Below, one piece after another: positions 44,406-54,319 of a stretch of 64,000 bases of DNA (its first letter is position 1; each line of letters begins with the position of its first letter). This stretch comes from Kiloniellales bacterium (GTDB lineage: Bacteria; Pseudomonadota; Alphaproteobacteria; Kiloniellales; JAKSBE01), in the NCBI GenBank assembly GCA_030066685.1, contig JASJBF010000007.1, positions 7,061 to 71,060 on the forward strand. Direction: 5' to 3'. The notes beneath the pieces were generated by a model, which saw nothing but the letters and a program-made list of their open reading frames with translations, was not told the DNA's origin and did no database searches. The translations under genes and the position numbers were made by a program.

Positions 44406-45929
44406 CATCTGGACCGACCGCGACCTTCCGAAACCGGTGACCCTCGCCGCGCGCATGCCGTGGTGATCGGCAGCGGCTTCGGCGGACTCGCGGCCGCGGT
44501 CCGGCTCGGGGCGCGGGGCTACCGGGTCACGGTCCTCGAGAAGCTCGACGCCCCCGGCGGGCGCGCCTACGTGTTCCGGCAGGACGGCTTCACCTTCGAC
44601 TCGGGCCCCACGATCATCACCGCGCCCTGGCTGCTCGAGGAGCTCTGGGCGCTCTGCGGCCGGAACCTCCACGACGACATCGAGCTCAAGTCGCTTTCGC
44701 CCTTCTACGACATCCGCTTCGACGACGGGTCGGTCTTCACCTACAGCGGCGATCCCGAGGCGATGCGCGCGCAGATCCGCAAGTTCTCGCCGGACGACGT
44801 GCCGCGCTTCGAGCGCTTCATGCACCGGAGCAAGAAGATCTACGACTACGGCTTCGACGTGCTTGCCGACGTGCCCTTCCATTCCTTCGGCACCATGCTG
44901 AAGGCGGTGCCCAAGATCCTCCAGCTCGGCGGATACCGCACGGTCTACGGCCTGGTCTCGCGCTATATCCGCGATCCCCGGCTCCGCATCGCGATCAGCC
45001 TTCATCCGCTGCTGATCGGCGGCAACCCCTACGCCGTGACGGCGATGTACTGTCTGATCAATCACATGGAGCGGGCCTGGGGCGTGCACTTCGCGATGGG
45101 TGGGACCGGCGAGGTGGTCAAAGGGCTGGTCGGCCTGATCCGCAACCAGGGCAACAGCCTGCGCTGCAACGCCGAGGTCCGGCGGATCCTCGTGGCGGAC
45201 GGACGGGCGAAGGGTGTAGAGCTGACCGACGGCACGCGCATCGACGCCGACGTCGTGGTCTCCAACGCCGACGCCGCCTGGACCTACAACAAGCTCCTGC
45301 CGGCCAAGGGCCGCCGGCGCTGGACACCGCGCAAGGTCCGGCGGACCCACTATTCGATGGGCCTCTTCGTCTGGTACTTCGGCACCAACCGGCGCTTCCC
45401 CGCGATCAAGCACCACAGCATGGTCCTCGGGCCCCGCTACCGGGGCCTGCTGCGGGACATCTTCAAGCGAAAGATCGTGGCCGAGGACTTCAGCATCTAC
45501 CTGCACCGGCCGACCGCGACGGACCCGGCCCTGGCGCCGCCGGGCTGCGACACCTTCTACGCCCTCTCGCCGGTCCCGCACCTGGAGGCCGACTTCGACT
45601 GGGAAGCCGGCGCTGAAGCCTACCGGCAGGCGATCGCGGAGCGCCTGGAAGAGACGGTCATGCCGGGGCTGCGCGACTCGGTCGTCTCCTCCCGGGTCAT
45701 GACCCCGAAGGACTTCGAGTCGCGCTACAACTCCTACCTCGGCGCCGGATTCGGCCCGGAACCGCTGCTCTGGCAGAGCGCCTGGTTCCGGCCGCACAAC
45801 AGCAGCGAGGAAATCGCCGGCCTCTACATGGTCGGCGCCAGCACGCATCCGGGCGCCGGGATCCCGGGCGTGATCGCTTCCGCACGTGTCTTGGACAAGG
45901 TGGTGCCCCATGCGGCTGAGCTGGTCTGA
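44397..45929 (+). CDS. crtI: phytoene desaturase
   Basis: 510 aa. FAD fold AVVIGSGFGGLAAAVRL. C-terminal GASTHPGAGIPGV. Confidence 0.95.
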   Translation: MLTHLDRPRPSETGDPRRAHAVVIGSGFGGLAAAVRLGARGYRVTVLEKLDAPGGRAYVFRQDGFTFDSGPTIITAPWLLEELWALCGRNLHDDIELKSLSPFYDIRFDDGSVFTYSGDPEAMRAQIRKFSPDDVPRFERFMHRSKKIYDYGFDVLADVPFHSFGTMLKAVPKILQLGGYRTVYGLVSRYIRDPRLRIAISLHPLLIGGNPYAVTAMYCLINHMERAWGVHFAMGGTGEVVKGLVGLIRNQGNSLRCNAEVRRILVADGRAKGVELTDGTRIDADVVVSNADAAWTYNKLLPAKGRRRWTPRKVRRTHYSMGLFVWYFGTNRRFPAIKHHSMVLGPRYRGLLRDIFKRKIVAEDFSIYLHRPTATDPALAPPGCDTFYALSPVPHLEADFDWEAGAEAYRQAIAERLEETVMPGLRDSVVSSRVMTPKDFESRYNSYLGAGFGPEPLLWQSAWFRPHNSSEEIAGLYMVGASTHPGAGIPGVIASARVLDKVVPHAAELV

Positions 45930-46971
45930 GTGGCGCTATGCCAACCTGGAGGACCGGCGCACCTGCCGGAAGCTGATCCGGCAGGGCTCGCGAAGCTTCT
46001 TCGCGGCCTCCCTTCTGCTGCCCGCGGACCTGCGCGACCCCGCCTACGCGATCTATGGCTTCTGCCGGCTGGCCGATGACGACGTCGACCTGCGGGTCGG
46101 CGGCGCGGCGCCGATCGCCCGGCTGAAGCGGCGCCTGGACGCCATCTACGATGGCCGGCCTTGGAACCAGGCCTCGGACCGCGCGCTGGCGGATGTCGTT
46201 GCCTTCTATGACCTGCCGCGCACCCTGTTCGACGCCCTGCTCGAGGGGCTGGAGTGGGACGACCAGGGCCGAAGCTACGACGGCATCGAGGAGCTTCACG
46301 CCTACGCGGCGCGGGTCGCCAGCGCGGTCGGCGCCATCATGACCTGCCTCATGGGCCGCCGGGCGCCCGGCACCCTGGCCCGGGCCTGCGATCTGGGCGT
46401 TGCGATGCAGCTGACCAACATCGCGCGGGACGTCGGGGAGGACGCCCGCGCCGGCCGCCTCTACCTGCCCCGCAACTGGCTCCTGGAGGCCGGTATCGAC
46501 CCGGCGCGCTTCCTCGCCGAGCCGGTCATGAGCCCCGAGCTGGGTTCCGTCATCAGGCTGCTCCTGGAGCACGCGGACACGCTGTATCGGCGCTCGCTGG
46601 TCGGGATCGCCGATCTGCCCCTCTCTTGCCGTCCCGCCATCAACGCGGCGCGCCGCCTCTATGCCGAGATTGGCAACGCCGTCGTGGCCCGAGGCTACGA
46701 CTCCGTCACGGCGCGCGCGGTCGTGTCACCGCGCCGGAAGTTTGCCGTCCTGCTTTATGCCGTCGCCGAATCGACCCTGATCAGCGAGCGCTCGAGCGCG
46801 CCCGGACTTGCGGCAACGCGATTCCTCGTCGATGCGGTGACCGAGCAGGCCGCCTATCGTGGAAGCTCGCAGGACCCGGAGATCGAGTCGCGCACCGAGT
46901 GGGTCATCGACCTCTTTCAAAGGCTGCGCGAGCGCGACTACCTGGGCGATGCCAGCGGCAGCACCGCCTGA
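45910..46971 (+). CDS. crtB: phytoene synthase
   Basis: 353 aa from MRLSWSEW. SRSFFAASLLLP, YGFCRLADDDVD, DVGEDARAGRLYLP. Confidence 0.95.
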   Translation: MRLSWSEWRYANLEDRRTCRKLIRQGSRSFFAASLLLPADLRDPAYAIYGFCRLADDDVDLRVGGAAPIARLKRRLDAIYDGRPWNQASDRALADVVAFYDLPRTLFDALLEGLEWDDQGRSYDGIEELHAYAARVASAVGAIMTCLMGRRAPGTLARACDLGVAMQLTNIARDVGEDARAGRLYLPRNWLLEAGIDPARFLAEPVMSPELGSVIRLLLEHADTLYRRSLVGIADLPLSCRPAINAARRLYAEIGNAVVARGYDSVTARAVVSPRRKFAVLLYAVAESTLISERSSAPGLAATRFLVDAVTEQAAYRGSSQDPEIESRTEWVIDLFQRLRERDYLGDASGSTA

Positions 46972-46974
46972 GCC

Positions 46975-47466
46975 ATGGCCGCCCCGGATCTCTCCCTCGT
47001 CGTCTTCGTCCTAGCCAGTCTGCTCGCCGCCTCGAGCGGCGCGATCTTTCGGGCCGGCCCTTGGTACAGCGACCTGCGCAAGCCGAGCTGGCGGCCGCCA
47101 AACTGGCTCTTCGGGCCGGTCTGGATGGTTCTCTACGCGATGATCGCGCTGTCGGGCTGGATCGTCTGGCGCAGCGCGCCGGCGGATCAGGTTCTGATCG
47201 CCATGCTGATCTACGGGGTCCAGCTGGTCTTCAACGCCCTCTGGTCCTACTGCTTCTTCGGGCTTCGCCAGCCGGGCCTCGCCCTGGCCGACATGAGCGC
47301 CCTCTGGATCTCGATCCTGCTGACCATGCTGGTCTTCTATCCGGTCTCGGCCCTGGCCGCGGGGCTGCTGCTGCCTTACCTGCTCTGGGTCAGCTTCGCC
47401 TGGCGCTTGAACCATGCGATCTGGCGCCTGAACGCGCCGGCCCGCGGGCACGAAGGTGCCGTCTGA
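46975..47466 (+). CDS. tspO: tryptophan-rich sensory protein TspO (CrtK)
   Basis: 163 aa, 5 TM. WYSDLRKPSWRPPNWLFGPVWMVLY. Confidence 0.9.
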   Translation: MAAPDLSLVVFVLASLLAASSGAIFRAGPWYSDLRKPSWRPPNWLFGPVWMVLYAMIALSGWIVWRSAPADQVLIAMLIYGVQLVFNALWSYCFFGLRQPGLALADMSALWISILLTMLVFYPVSALAAGLLLPYLLWVSFAWRLNHAIWRLNAPARGHEGAV

Positions 47467-47493
47467 AGTCCGACTGCCGCCAAGGCGGGGGTC

Positions 47494-47620
47494 AGGGCAT
47501 TATCCGATCAGATGGAATCGCTTCGCGATCCATCTGGCCGGGTGTAATGCTCTAATTCCAACGCATGAGCGCACTACTCCCGACTAGACGCGAACGCGTC
47601 TGATCGGGAAGTGCGCTAAG
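47494..47620 (-). repeat. 126-nt dispersed repeat, copy 2 (inverted relative to 30709-30834)
   Basis: The reverse complement aligns end to end with copy 1. Divergence is concentrated in a ~17-nt central patch. Confidence 0.85.
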
Positions 47621-48562
47621 TCAGCCGCCGCGCCGCGGCATCCGGAAGGGTAACATCATCTGCACCAGCCGCTTGTCGAAGCGGTCCAGCGACAGGCCCT
47701 CGTGCATGGCGAGGACCGCCGGCTCGATCAGGTCCAGCGACAGCATCGACCGGGAATAGAAAGGCGTGTCCTCCAGAGTCTTGATCACCTCGGCGCCCCC
47801 GCTTGGATCGGCGCGGGTCTCGCGTCCCAGGCCCCAGAGGGTGCCGGGCAGCCTGACGCGCGGCGGCACCTCGAAGTCTTCGATCTTGCCGCTGCGGTCG
47901 ACGCGAAGCGCGAGCGGGCCTTCGCGGCCGTCCCTGAAAACCGGATCGTAGAGCAGCGCCGCGCTGCCGTCGGAAAGATGCGCGCGCGACCAGCTCCAGC
48001 GGGAGAAGCCCGCCTCCAGGGGCTCGCCGCCCTCGTTGCTGTCCAGGTAGCCGTCGCCCGTCCAGCTAAGGCCCGGCTGTTCCAGGGCCACGTCCACCCG
48101 CGCCATGGGCGCGATCGGCCACCAGCGGTGGCGACGCGCCGGATCGAGCTCGAAGCAGCGCTCGGTGACGTTCTTGGGGGAGAGGCGGACCCGCCCCTTG
48201 ATGCGCCGCGGCAGCGGGACGGCGACCTCGTCCAGGTCGATGATCAGGCCGTCGTTCTCCCAGCGGGCGAGGCTCGGCCCGATGGCCAGGGCGTCGGGCG
48301 CCGTTTCCAGGGCGGGCCGCGCGCGCTCGGTCATGGCCCAGCGCCGGTGGGAGCGGCCGTAGAGCGCGACATTGACCGCGACGTGGTCGCGCGGATCGCC
48401 GCCGCCCCGCCGCCGCGCCAGCGCGTAGTAGGGCGAGAATACGCTGCCGATAAAGAGGATGATGGTCAGGCCGTAGCGGCCGTCGTCGCTGAAGGCGTCT
48501 AGGTACCACCAGACATAGCCACCGGATGGAACCGCCGCGTCGAAGCGCGGTCCGCGGCCAAG
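47621..48562 (-). CDS. crtC: hydroxyneurosporene synthase (acyclic carotenoid 1,2-hydratase); start codon unresolved
   Basis: GGYVWWYLDAFSDDGRYGLTIILFIGSVFSPYY and downstream colinearity with CrtC. No ATG/GTG/TTG in frame near the expected N-terminus, so the 5' coordinate is nominal. Confidence 0.8.
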   Translation of the reverse strand, partial: LGRGPRFDAAVPSGGYVWWYLDAFSDDGRYGLTIILFIGSVFSPYYALARRRGGGDPRDHVAVNVALYGRSHRRWAMTERARPALETAPDALAIGPSLARWENDGLIIDLDEVAVPLPRRIKGRVRLSPKNVTERCFELDPARRHRWWPIAPMARVDVALEQPGLSWTGDGYLDSNEGGEPLEAGFSRWSWSRAHLSDGSAALLYDPVFRDGREGPLALRVDRSGKIEDFEVPPRVRLPGTLWGLGRETRADPSGGAEVIKTLEDTPFYSRSMLSLDLIEPAVLAMHEGLSLDRFDKRLVQMMLPFRMPRRGG

Positions 48563-50031
48563 CTCTCCGCCGCCATAAGGCCGGAGAGGGTCGCCATCGG
48601 CACCCCCGGCCCCGGATGAACGCTGCCGCCGGCCAGGTAAAGCCCGGGGATCGCCGTCCGGCAGCCCGGCCGCTGAAGCGCCGCCCGCCAGCCGTGCGAC
48701 GCCCGGCCGTAGAGCGCGCCGCCGGTCCCCGGGAAGAGCCGGTGAAAGTCGCTCGGCGTCACCACCTGTGTCTTGCCCGGATCCTGCTCGATCTCCAGAC
48801 CGCAGTGCCGGAGCAGGGAGAAGGTCTGGCTTTCGCATGCGTCGATCTCCGCTTTCTGAAAGGCGTAGCGATCCCCGGCGGCCGGGGCATTGACCAGGCA
48901 GAACAGCCGTTCCGCGCCCTCCGGCACCGGGTCTGACTCTTCCAGGCGGTCCTGCGCGCAGACATAGACCGTCGGCGCGGCGGGCAGCCTGCGCCGCTCG
49001 AAAAGGTCGTCGAACTCGCGGCGATAGTCGTCGGAAAAGAACACGTTGTGGCGCAACAGGGGAAAGCCGCTGGCCTTCGCCTCCATCAGCCAGGTCACGG
49101 CGGAAAGAGAACGGCTGCCGGCGGGCGGCGCCGGCACCGCACGCCGGACCTCGTTTCCGAGCAGGCCGGCCGCTAGCGCGGCACTGTCGCCATTCATGAC
49201 CACCGCGTCGGCCTCGAGATGCTCGCCCGTGTCCAGGCGGACGCCGACGACGCGACCCCCGGCACGCGTGATCTGGTCGACATGGGCCTCGTAGCGGAGG
49301 CTGCCGCCGCGTGCGGCCAGCAGATCGGCCAACGCCAGGGCGAGCGCGTGCATGCCGCCCTCGACGTACCAGACCCCGGCCTGCTCGACGTGGGCGACCA
49401 GCATCAGGGTCGCCGGGGCTGCGAAGGGCGAGGAGCCGCAGTAGGTCGCGTAGCGCCCGAAGAGCTGCTGCAGGCGCGGGTCGCCGAATCGGCGGCCGAG
49501 GGCGCGCCACATGGTGTTGAAGGGACTGAGGCGGCTCATGGCCGAGAGGCTGCCGAAGCCGAAGGCGCCGACCAAACCCGCCACGTCCGGAGCCGGGCGG
49601 CACAGGAAGGGGTCTTTCAGCATGCGGAAGATCTCGGCCGACTCGGCGCAGAAGGCGCGGTAGTTGCGCGCCTCGCCCGGCCCGGCGAAGGCCGCGATCG
49701 AATCGGCGGAGCGGTCGATATCGGCATAGAGGTCCAGGACCGGACTGTTCCGCCAGGCGTGGCGCGCTAGAACCTCCGCCGGCCGCAGGCGTACGTGATC
49801 GTCGAAGGACTCGCCGATCGCCGCGAAGAGCCGGTCGAAGACCCACCGCATCGTGAAGACCGTCGGCCCGGCATCGAGAAGGCCCGAGCCCACGGCGACC
49901 CGCCGCATCTTGCCGCCGGGGGCCGCGGCCCGCTCCACGACCGTCACCCGGAATCCTTGGGCCGCCAGGCGGAGACCCGCCGCCAGCCCGCCGATCCCGG
50001 CTCCGATTACGATGACCCGCTCGGCCGTCAT
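48499..50031 (-). CDS. crtD: methoxyneurosporene/hydroxyneurosporene 3,4-desaturase
   Basis: 510 aa from MTAERVIVIGAGIGGLAAGLRL. CrtI-family. Upstream of crtC, divergent from crtE. Confidence 0.9.
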   Translation of the reverse strand: MTAERVIVIGAGIGGLAAGLRLAAQGFRVTVVERAAAPGGKMRRVAVGSGLLDAGPTVFTMRWVFDRLFAAIGESFDDHVRLRPAEVLARHAWRNSPVLDLYADIDRSADSIAAFAGPGEARNYRAFCAESAEIFRMLKDPFLCRPAPDVAGLVGAFGFGSLSAMSRLSPFNTMWRALGRRFGDPRLQQLFGRYATYCGSSPFAAPATLMLVAHVEQAGVWYVEGGMHALALALADLLAARGGSLRYEAHVDQITRAGGRVVGVRLDTGEHLEADAVVMNGDSAALAAGLLGNEVRRAVPAPPAGSRSLSAVTWLMEAKASGFPLLRHNVFFSDDYRREFDDLFERRRLPAAPTVYVCAQDRLEESDPVPEGAERLFCLVNAPAAGDRYAFQKAEIDACESQTFSLLRHCGLEIEQDPGKTQVVTPSDFHRLFPGTGGALYGRASHGWRAALQRPGCRTAIPGLYLAGGSVHPGPGVPMATLSGLMAAESLAADRASTRRFHPVAMSGGT

Positions 50032-50048
50032 CCCTGGACTTGCACCTT

Positions 50049-50066
50049 TGTCATTGCAGCTTGACA
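50049..50066. promoter_or_regulatory. PpsR/CrtJ palindrome TGT-N12-ACA (TGTCATTGCAGCTTGACA), crtD-crtE divergent region
   Basis: Exact motif. Confidence 0.75.
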
Positions 50067-50073
50067 TATCTAC

Positions 50074-50091
50074 TGTATAGTTCTCACGACA
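50074..50091. promoter_or_regulatory. PpsR/CrtJ palindrome TGT-N12-ACA (TGTATAGTTCTCACGACA)
   Basis: Exact motif, 7 bp from the previous site. Confidence 0.75.
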
Positions 50092-50157
50092 CTTTTCCAT
50101 GACAAATTGCCGGACCGACCTTTCCGCGGGCCCCGGCAAAACAGTGGGAGGGACCGC

Positions 50158-51027
50158 ATGCAGGCGCAGACTCGCATCGAGACAGGCTTGGCGGCGGCCC
50201 TAGACCGGGCGGCCCGCCCCGGTGCCCCCAAGCGTCTGGCCGAGGCCATGCGCTACGCGGTCTTTCCCGGCGGCGCCCGGATCCGTCCGCAGCTCTGCCT
50301 GGCGGTGGCGGCCAGTTGCGGCGACGACGATCCCGAGACCGCAACCGCCGCCGCGGTCGCGATCGAGCTGCTCCACTGCGCCTCGCTGGTGCACGACGAC
50401 CTGCCCTGCTTCGACGCCGCCGACACCCGGCGCGGCAAGCCCGCCGTGCATCGGGCCTACGGCGAGCCGATCGCGGTCCTGGCCGGCGATGCCATGATCG
50501 TCCTGGCCTTCGAGACCCTGTCCTTCCGGATCCCGCAGGCCCCGGCGCGCGTGGCCGGCCTGCTGCGCATCGTCGCCGGCTCGGTCGGCATGCCCTTCGG
50601 CATCGTCGCCGGCCAGGCCTGGGAGTCGGAGCCGGACGCGATCCTGGCCGACTATCAGCGCGCCAAGACGGGCTCGCTCTTCGCCGCCGCGACCGAGACC
50701 GGCGCCGTGGCGGCGGGCGGCGACGCGACCCTCTGGCGCATGCTCGGCGAACGCCTTGGCGAAGCCTACCAGGTCGCCGACGACATCCACGACGTGATCG
50801 GCGATGCCAAGGCCATGGGCAAGCCGATCGGCCAGGACGCCAGCTTCGACCGCCCGAACGCGGTGATGTATCACGGCCTGGAGGGCGCGACGAAGCACCT
50901 GAAGCAGCTGCTGCAGGACGCCAAGGATTCGATCCCGCCGAGCCCCGGGGCAGCCGCCCTGCGCAAGCTGATCGAGGCGGAATCGAAGCGCTTCCTGCCC
51001 GCCGAGCTCGCGCAGGACGTCGCCTGA
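50158..51027 (+). CDS. crtE: geranylgeranyl diphosphate synthase
   Basis: 289 aa from MQAQTRIETG. LVHDDLPCFDAADTRRG and YQVADDIHD aspartate-rich motifs. Confidence 0.9.
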   Translation: MQAQTRIETGLAAALDRAARPGAPKRLAEAMRYAVFPGGARIRPQLCLAVAASCGDDDPETATAAAVAIELLHCASLVHDDLPCFDAADTRRGKPAVHRAYGEPIAVLAGDAMIVLAFETLSFRIPQAPARVAGLLRIVAGSVGMPFGIVAGQAWESEPDAILADYQRAKTGSLFAAATETGAVAAGGDATLWRMLGERLGEAYQVADDIHDVIGDAKAMGKPIGQDASFDRPNAVMYHGLEGATKHLKQLLQDAKDSIPPSPGAAALRKLIEAESKRFLPAELAQDVA

Positions 51028-51041
51028 GCGGAGCGATCACC

Positions 51042-52193
51042 ATGGCGGTGGCCGAGGCAGGCGGCGCGACGTCGACCCGGTCCCTGACCCCGGCGGACCG
51101 GCTGCGCGAGGCCGTGACGCGGCTCATCGCCTCTCGCTGGTTCCAAAGCTGGGCCGGCCGCTTTCCGCCGACCCGGGCCTTGGCGCGCCGGCAAGCCGAA
51201 GCGCTCTTCGACCTCTGCGCCGGCTTCGTCTACTCGCAGGTCCTCCGGGCCTTCGTCGAAACCGGCCTGCTGGACGCCCTGAGGACCGGTCCGAAGTCGC
51301 CGCGCGACCTGGCCGGCCTGGCGGGCCTGCCGGCAGAGCCGCTCGACCGCCTGCTGCGGGCGGCCGTCGCGCTCGGCCTGGCGGCACCGCGCAGCCAGAG
51401 TCGCTACGGACTGGGAATCCGGGGCGCGGCCCTGGCGGGCAATCCGGGCGCGGTCGCCATGATCCGGCATCACAAGCTGCTCTATGACGACCTTGCCGAC
51501 CCTGTCGCCCTGCTGCGCGGCGAAGCGGCCCCGACCCGAACCTGCCAGTACTGGTCGTACCTTGCCGCCGAGCAACCGGACGGCCTCTCCGCCGACGCGG
51601 TCGCCGACTACAGCGACCTCATGGCCGTGTCCCAGGTCATGGTCGCCGAGATCGTCGCGGCCGACTTCCGCTTCCGGGACCACCGGCGGATTCTCGACGT
51701 CGGCGGCGGCACCGGGACCTTCCTGGAGCGCGTGGCAGCGCAGGCGCCGGAGTCCGCCTTGACCCTCTTCGACCTACCGTCGGTGGCGGCGCAGGCCGAA
51801 AGACGCCTCGCGCGAATCGGCCTGGCCGAAAGGGTCCGCGCCGTCGGTGGCGATTTCTTCTCCGATCCCCTGCCCGCCGGTCAGGACCTGATCACCCTGG
51901 TCCGGGTCGTCTACGACCACGACGACGACAACGCCCTGCGGCTGCTGAAGAGCTGCCGGGCGGCCTTGACGGGGAACGGTGCCCTGTTGATCGCCGAGCC
52001 CATGTCGGGCGCGGCCTCGGGCGGGCAGATCGCCGATGCCTACTTCGGGTTCTATCTGTTGGCTATGGGTTCCGGCGCGACCCGAAGCCCCGCCGAGCAT
52101 AGCGCCTTGCTGCACAAGGCCGGCTTCGGCCGGGTCAAGGCGCTGCCGACTCGGATGTCCGCCCTGGTCCGCCTGGTCGAGGCACGCCCTTAA
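51042..52193 (+). CDS. crtF: hydroxyneurosporene O-methyltransferase
   Basis: 383 aa. SAM motif [11 protein letters not shown]. Position after crtE. Confidence 0.9.
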   Translation: MAVAEAGGATSTRSLTPADRLREAVTRLIASRWFQSWAGRFPPTRALARRQAEALFDLCAGFVYSQVLRAFVETGLLDALRTGPKSPRDLAGLAGLPAEPLDRLLRAAVALGLAAPRSQSRYGLGIRGAALAGNPGAVAMIRHHKLLYDDLADPVALLRGEAAPTRTCQYWSYLAAEQPDGLSADAVADYSDLMAVSQVMVAEIVAADFRFRDHRRILDVGGGTGTFLERVAAQAPESALTLFDLPSVAAQAERRLARIGLAERVRAVGGDFFSDPLPAGQDLITLVRVVYDHDDDNALRLLKSCRAALTGNGALLIAEPMSGAASGGQIADAYFGFYLLAMGSGATRSPAEHSALLHKAGFGRVKALPTRMSALVRLVEARP

Positions 52194-52216
52194 CCCGAAG
52201 GGTGTTCCGGCGGCGT

Positions 52217-52234
52217 TGTGAATTCAGATTGACA
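52217..52234. promoter_or_regulatory. PpsR/CrtJ palindrome TGT-N12-ACA (TGTGAATTCAGATTGACA), bchC promoter
   Basis: Exact motif. Contains the -35-like TTGACA. Confidence 0.75.
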
Positions 52235-52242
52235 TATTTAAC

Positions 52243-52260
52243 TGTCATGTCAGACTTACA
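52243..52260. promoter_or_regulatory. PpsR/CrtJ palindrome TGT-N12-ACA (TGTCATGTCAGACTTACA), bchC promoter
   Basis: Exact motif, 8 bp from the first. This is the tandem arrangement described for Rhodobacter bchC. Confidence 0.75.
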
Positions 52261-52321
52261 AACTGGCGCATCAGCGTCAGACCTCCGCACTGCTTTGCAG
52301 TGCCCAGCGACGGGAACGACC

Positions 52322-53269
52322 ATGGAAGCCCTTGCGGTCGTCTTGCAGGAGCCCCGCCAGCTCAGCCTTGAGCGGCTGCCGATCACGCCGCCCGGCGCGG
52401 CGGACATCGTGGTTGACACCAGGTGGAGCGGCATCAGCACGGGCACCGAGCGGCTGCTCTGGTCGGGGCGCATGCCAGCCTTCCCTGGCATGGGCTACCC
52501 GCTGGTTCCGGGCTACGAATCGGTCGGCGAGGTCGTCGAGGCCGGGCCCGACGCCGGCAAACGGCCGGGCGAGACCGTCTTCGTGCCCGGCGCGCAGTGC
52601 TACGGCCGCGTGCGCGGCCTCTTCGGCGGGGCCGCCGGCCGTTTGGTCACCGCGTCGAAACGGGCGATCTCCATCGATCCGGCGCTGTCGAAGCACGGCG
52701 TTCTCCTGGCCCTCGCCGCCACGGCGCAGCACGCGATAGCAGGACGCGGCCGCGACGCGGGCCTGCCGGAGCTGATCGTCGGCCACGGCGTGCTCGGCCG
52801 CCTGCTGGCGCGGTTGACTCTGGCGCTCGGCGGCGAGGCTCCGACGGTGTGGGAGACCGAGCCGCTGCGCCGGCAGGGCGCGATCCCCTACACGGTCTGT
52901 CATCCCGACGACGACGAACGGCGGAACTACGGATTGATCTACGACGTCAGCGGCGACGCCGGACTGATCGACAGCCTGATCGGGCGCCTGGCACCGGGCG
53001 GCGAGCTCGTCCTCGCCGGGTTCTACGAGGACCGCCCATCCTTCGCCTTTCCCCCGGCCTTCATGCGCGAGGCGCGGATTCGGGTCGCCGCCGAATGGAA
53101 GCCCGAGGACTTGTCGGCGGTGAAAGCCCGGATCGAAGCCGGCGAGCTGGCGATCGACGACCTGATCACGCATCGCGCGCCCGTCTCGCGGGCCCGCTCG
53201 GCCTATCGCAACGCCTTCGAGGATCCGGCCTGCCTGAAGATGGTCCTGGATTGGAGTGGAAGCTCATGA
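52322..53269 (+). CDS. bchC: 3-hydroxyethyl bacteriochlorophyllide a dehydrogenase
   Basis: 315 aa from [14 protein letters not shown]. Zn-ADH-like, [18 protein letters not shown]. Confidence 0.9.
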   Translation: MEALAVVLQEPRQLSLERLPITPPGAADIVVDTRWSGISTGTERLLWSGRMPAFPGMGYPLVPGYESVGEVVEAGPDAGKRPGETVFVPGAQCYGRVRGLFGGAAGRLVTASKRAISIDPALSKHGVLLALAATAQHAIAGRGRDAGLPELIVGHGVLGRLLARLTLALGGEAPTVWETEPLRRQGAIPYTVCHPDDDERRNYGLIYDVSGDAGLIDSLIGRLAPGGELVLAGFYEDRPSFAFPPAFMREARIRVAAEWKPEDLSAVKARIEAGELAIDDLITHRAPVSRARSAYRNAFEDPACLKMVLDWSGSS

Positions 53270-54273
53270 CAGATCCGAACGCCGCTGCCCAACAGGCCAG
53301 AACCGAAGCCCTGCGCGCCGAAGCCGCGCAGGAGCCGGATCCGGTGCCGAGCGGCGCGGTCAAGAAAGAGACCCAGATCATCGCGATCTACGGCAAGGGC
53401 GGCATCGGCAAGAGCTTCACGCTCTCCAACCTCAGCTACATGATGGCCCAGCAGGGCAAGAAGGTCCTGCTGATCGGCTGCGACCCGAAGAGCGACACGA
53501 CCTCGCTGCTGTTCGGCGGGCGCAGCGTCCCGACCATCATCGAGACCTCGGGCCGCAAGAAGGACGCCGGCGAGGAGGTCGCGATCGGCGACGTCTGCTT
53601 CGTGCGCGACGGAGTCTACGCCATGGAGCTCGGCGGGCCGGAGGTCGGACGCGGCTGCGGCGGACGCGGCATCATCCACGGCTTCGAGCTGCTCGAGAAG
53701 CTGGGCTTCCACGACTGGGACTTCGACTACGTGCTGCTCGACTTTCTGGGCGACGTGGTCTGCGGCGGCTTCGGACTGCCGATCGCCCGGGACATGTGCC
53801 AGAAGGTCATCGTCGTCGGCTCCAACGACCTGCAGTCGCTCTACGTCGCGAACAACGTCTGCTCGGCGGTCGAGTACTTCCGCAAGCTTGGCGGCAACGT
53901 CGGCGTCGCCGGCATGGTCATCAACAAGGACGACGGCACCGGCGAGGCCCAGGCCTTCGCCGAGACCGTCGGCATCCCCGTGCTCTCCGCCATCCCGGCA
54001 AACGAGGCGATCCGGCGGAAGAGCGCGAACTACGAGATCGTCGGAACGCCGGGCGGGGAATGGGGCACGCTCTTCGAAGACCTGGCGACCAACGTGGCCG
54101 AAGCGCCGCCGCTGCAACCGACTCCCCTGAGCCAGGACGGCCTGCTGGGCCTGTTCTCCAGCGAGGAGACTGGGCGCGACGTGGTGCTGCAGCCGGCCAG
54201 GCTGGAAGACATGTGCGCCACCTCCTCCACTCTGCAGAAGGAGTCCCTTGAGGTCGTCTACGAGACGGTTTGA
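53266..54273 (+). CDS. bchX: chlorophyllide a reductase iron protein subunit X
   Basis: 335 aa. NifH-like [21 protein letters not shown] overlap with bchC. Confidence 0.95.
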   Translation: MTDPNAAAQQARTEALRAEAAQEPDPVPSGAVKKETQIIAIYGKGGIGKSFTLSNLSYMMAQQGKKVLLIGCDPKSDTTSLLFGGRSVPTIIETSGRKKDAGEEVAIGDVCFVRDGVYAMELGGPEVGRGCGGRGIIHGFELLEKLGFHDWDFDYVLLDFLGDVVCGGFGLPIARDMCQKVIVVGSNDLQSLYVANNVCSAVEYFRKLGGNVGVAGMVINKDDGTGEAQAFAETVGIPVLSAIPANEAIRRKSANYEIVGTPGGEWGTLFEDLATNVAEAPPLQPTPLSQDGLLGLFSSEETGRDVVLQPARLEDMCATSSTLQKESLEVVYETV

Positions 54274-54319
54274 GAACCTTCGAGGCCCGAGACAGGAATT
54301 ACGGCAGAACAGCAGCGCC

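Noticed and set aside
52247-52321. Upstream in-frame starts for bchC (ORF opens at 52202; Met at 52247).
   Set aside because: These would place the coding sequence inside the tandem PpsR palindromes. BchC homologues begin at the MEALAVVL-type sequence, so ATG 52322 was chosen.
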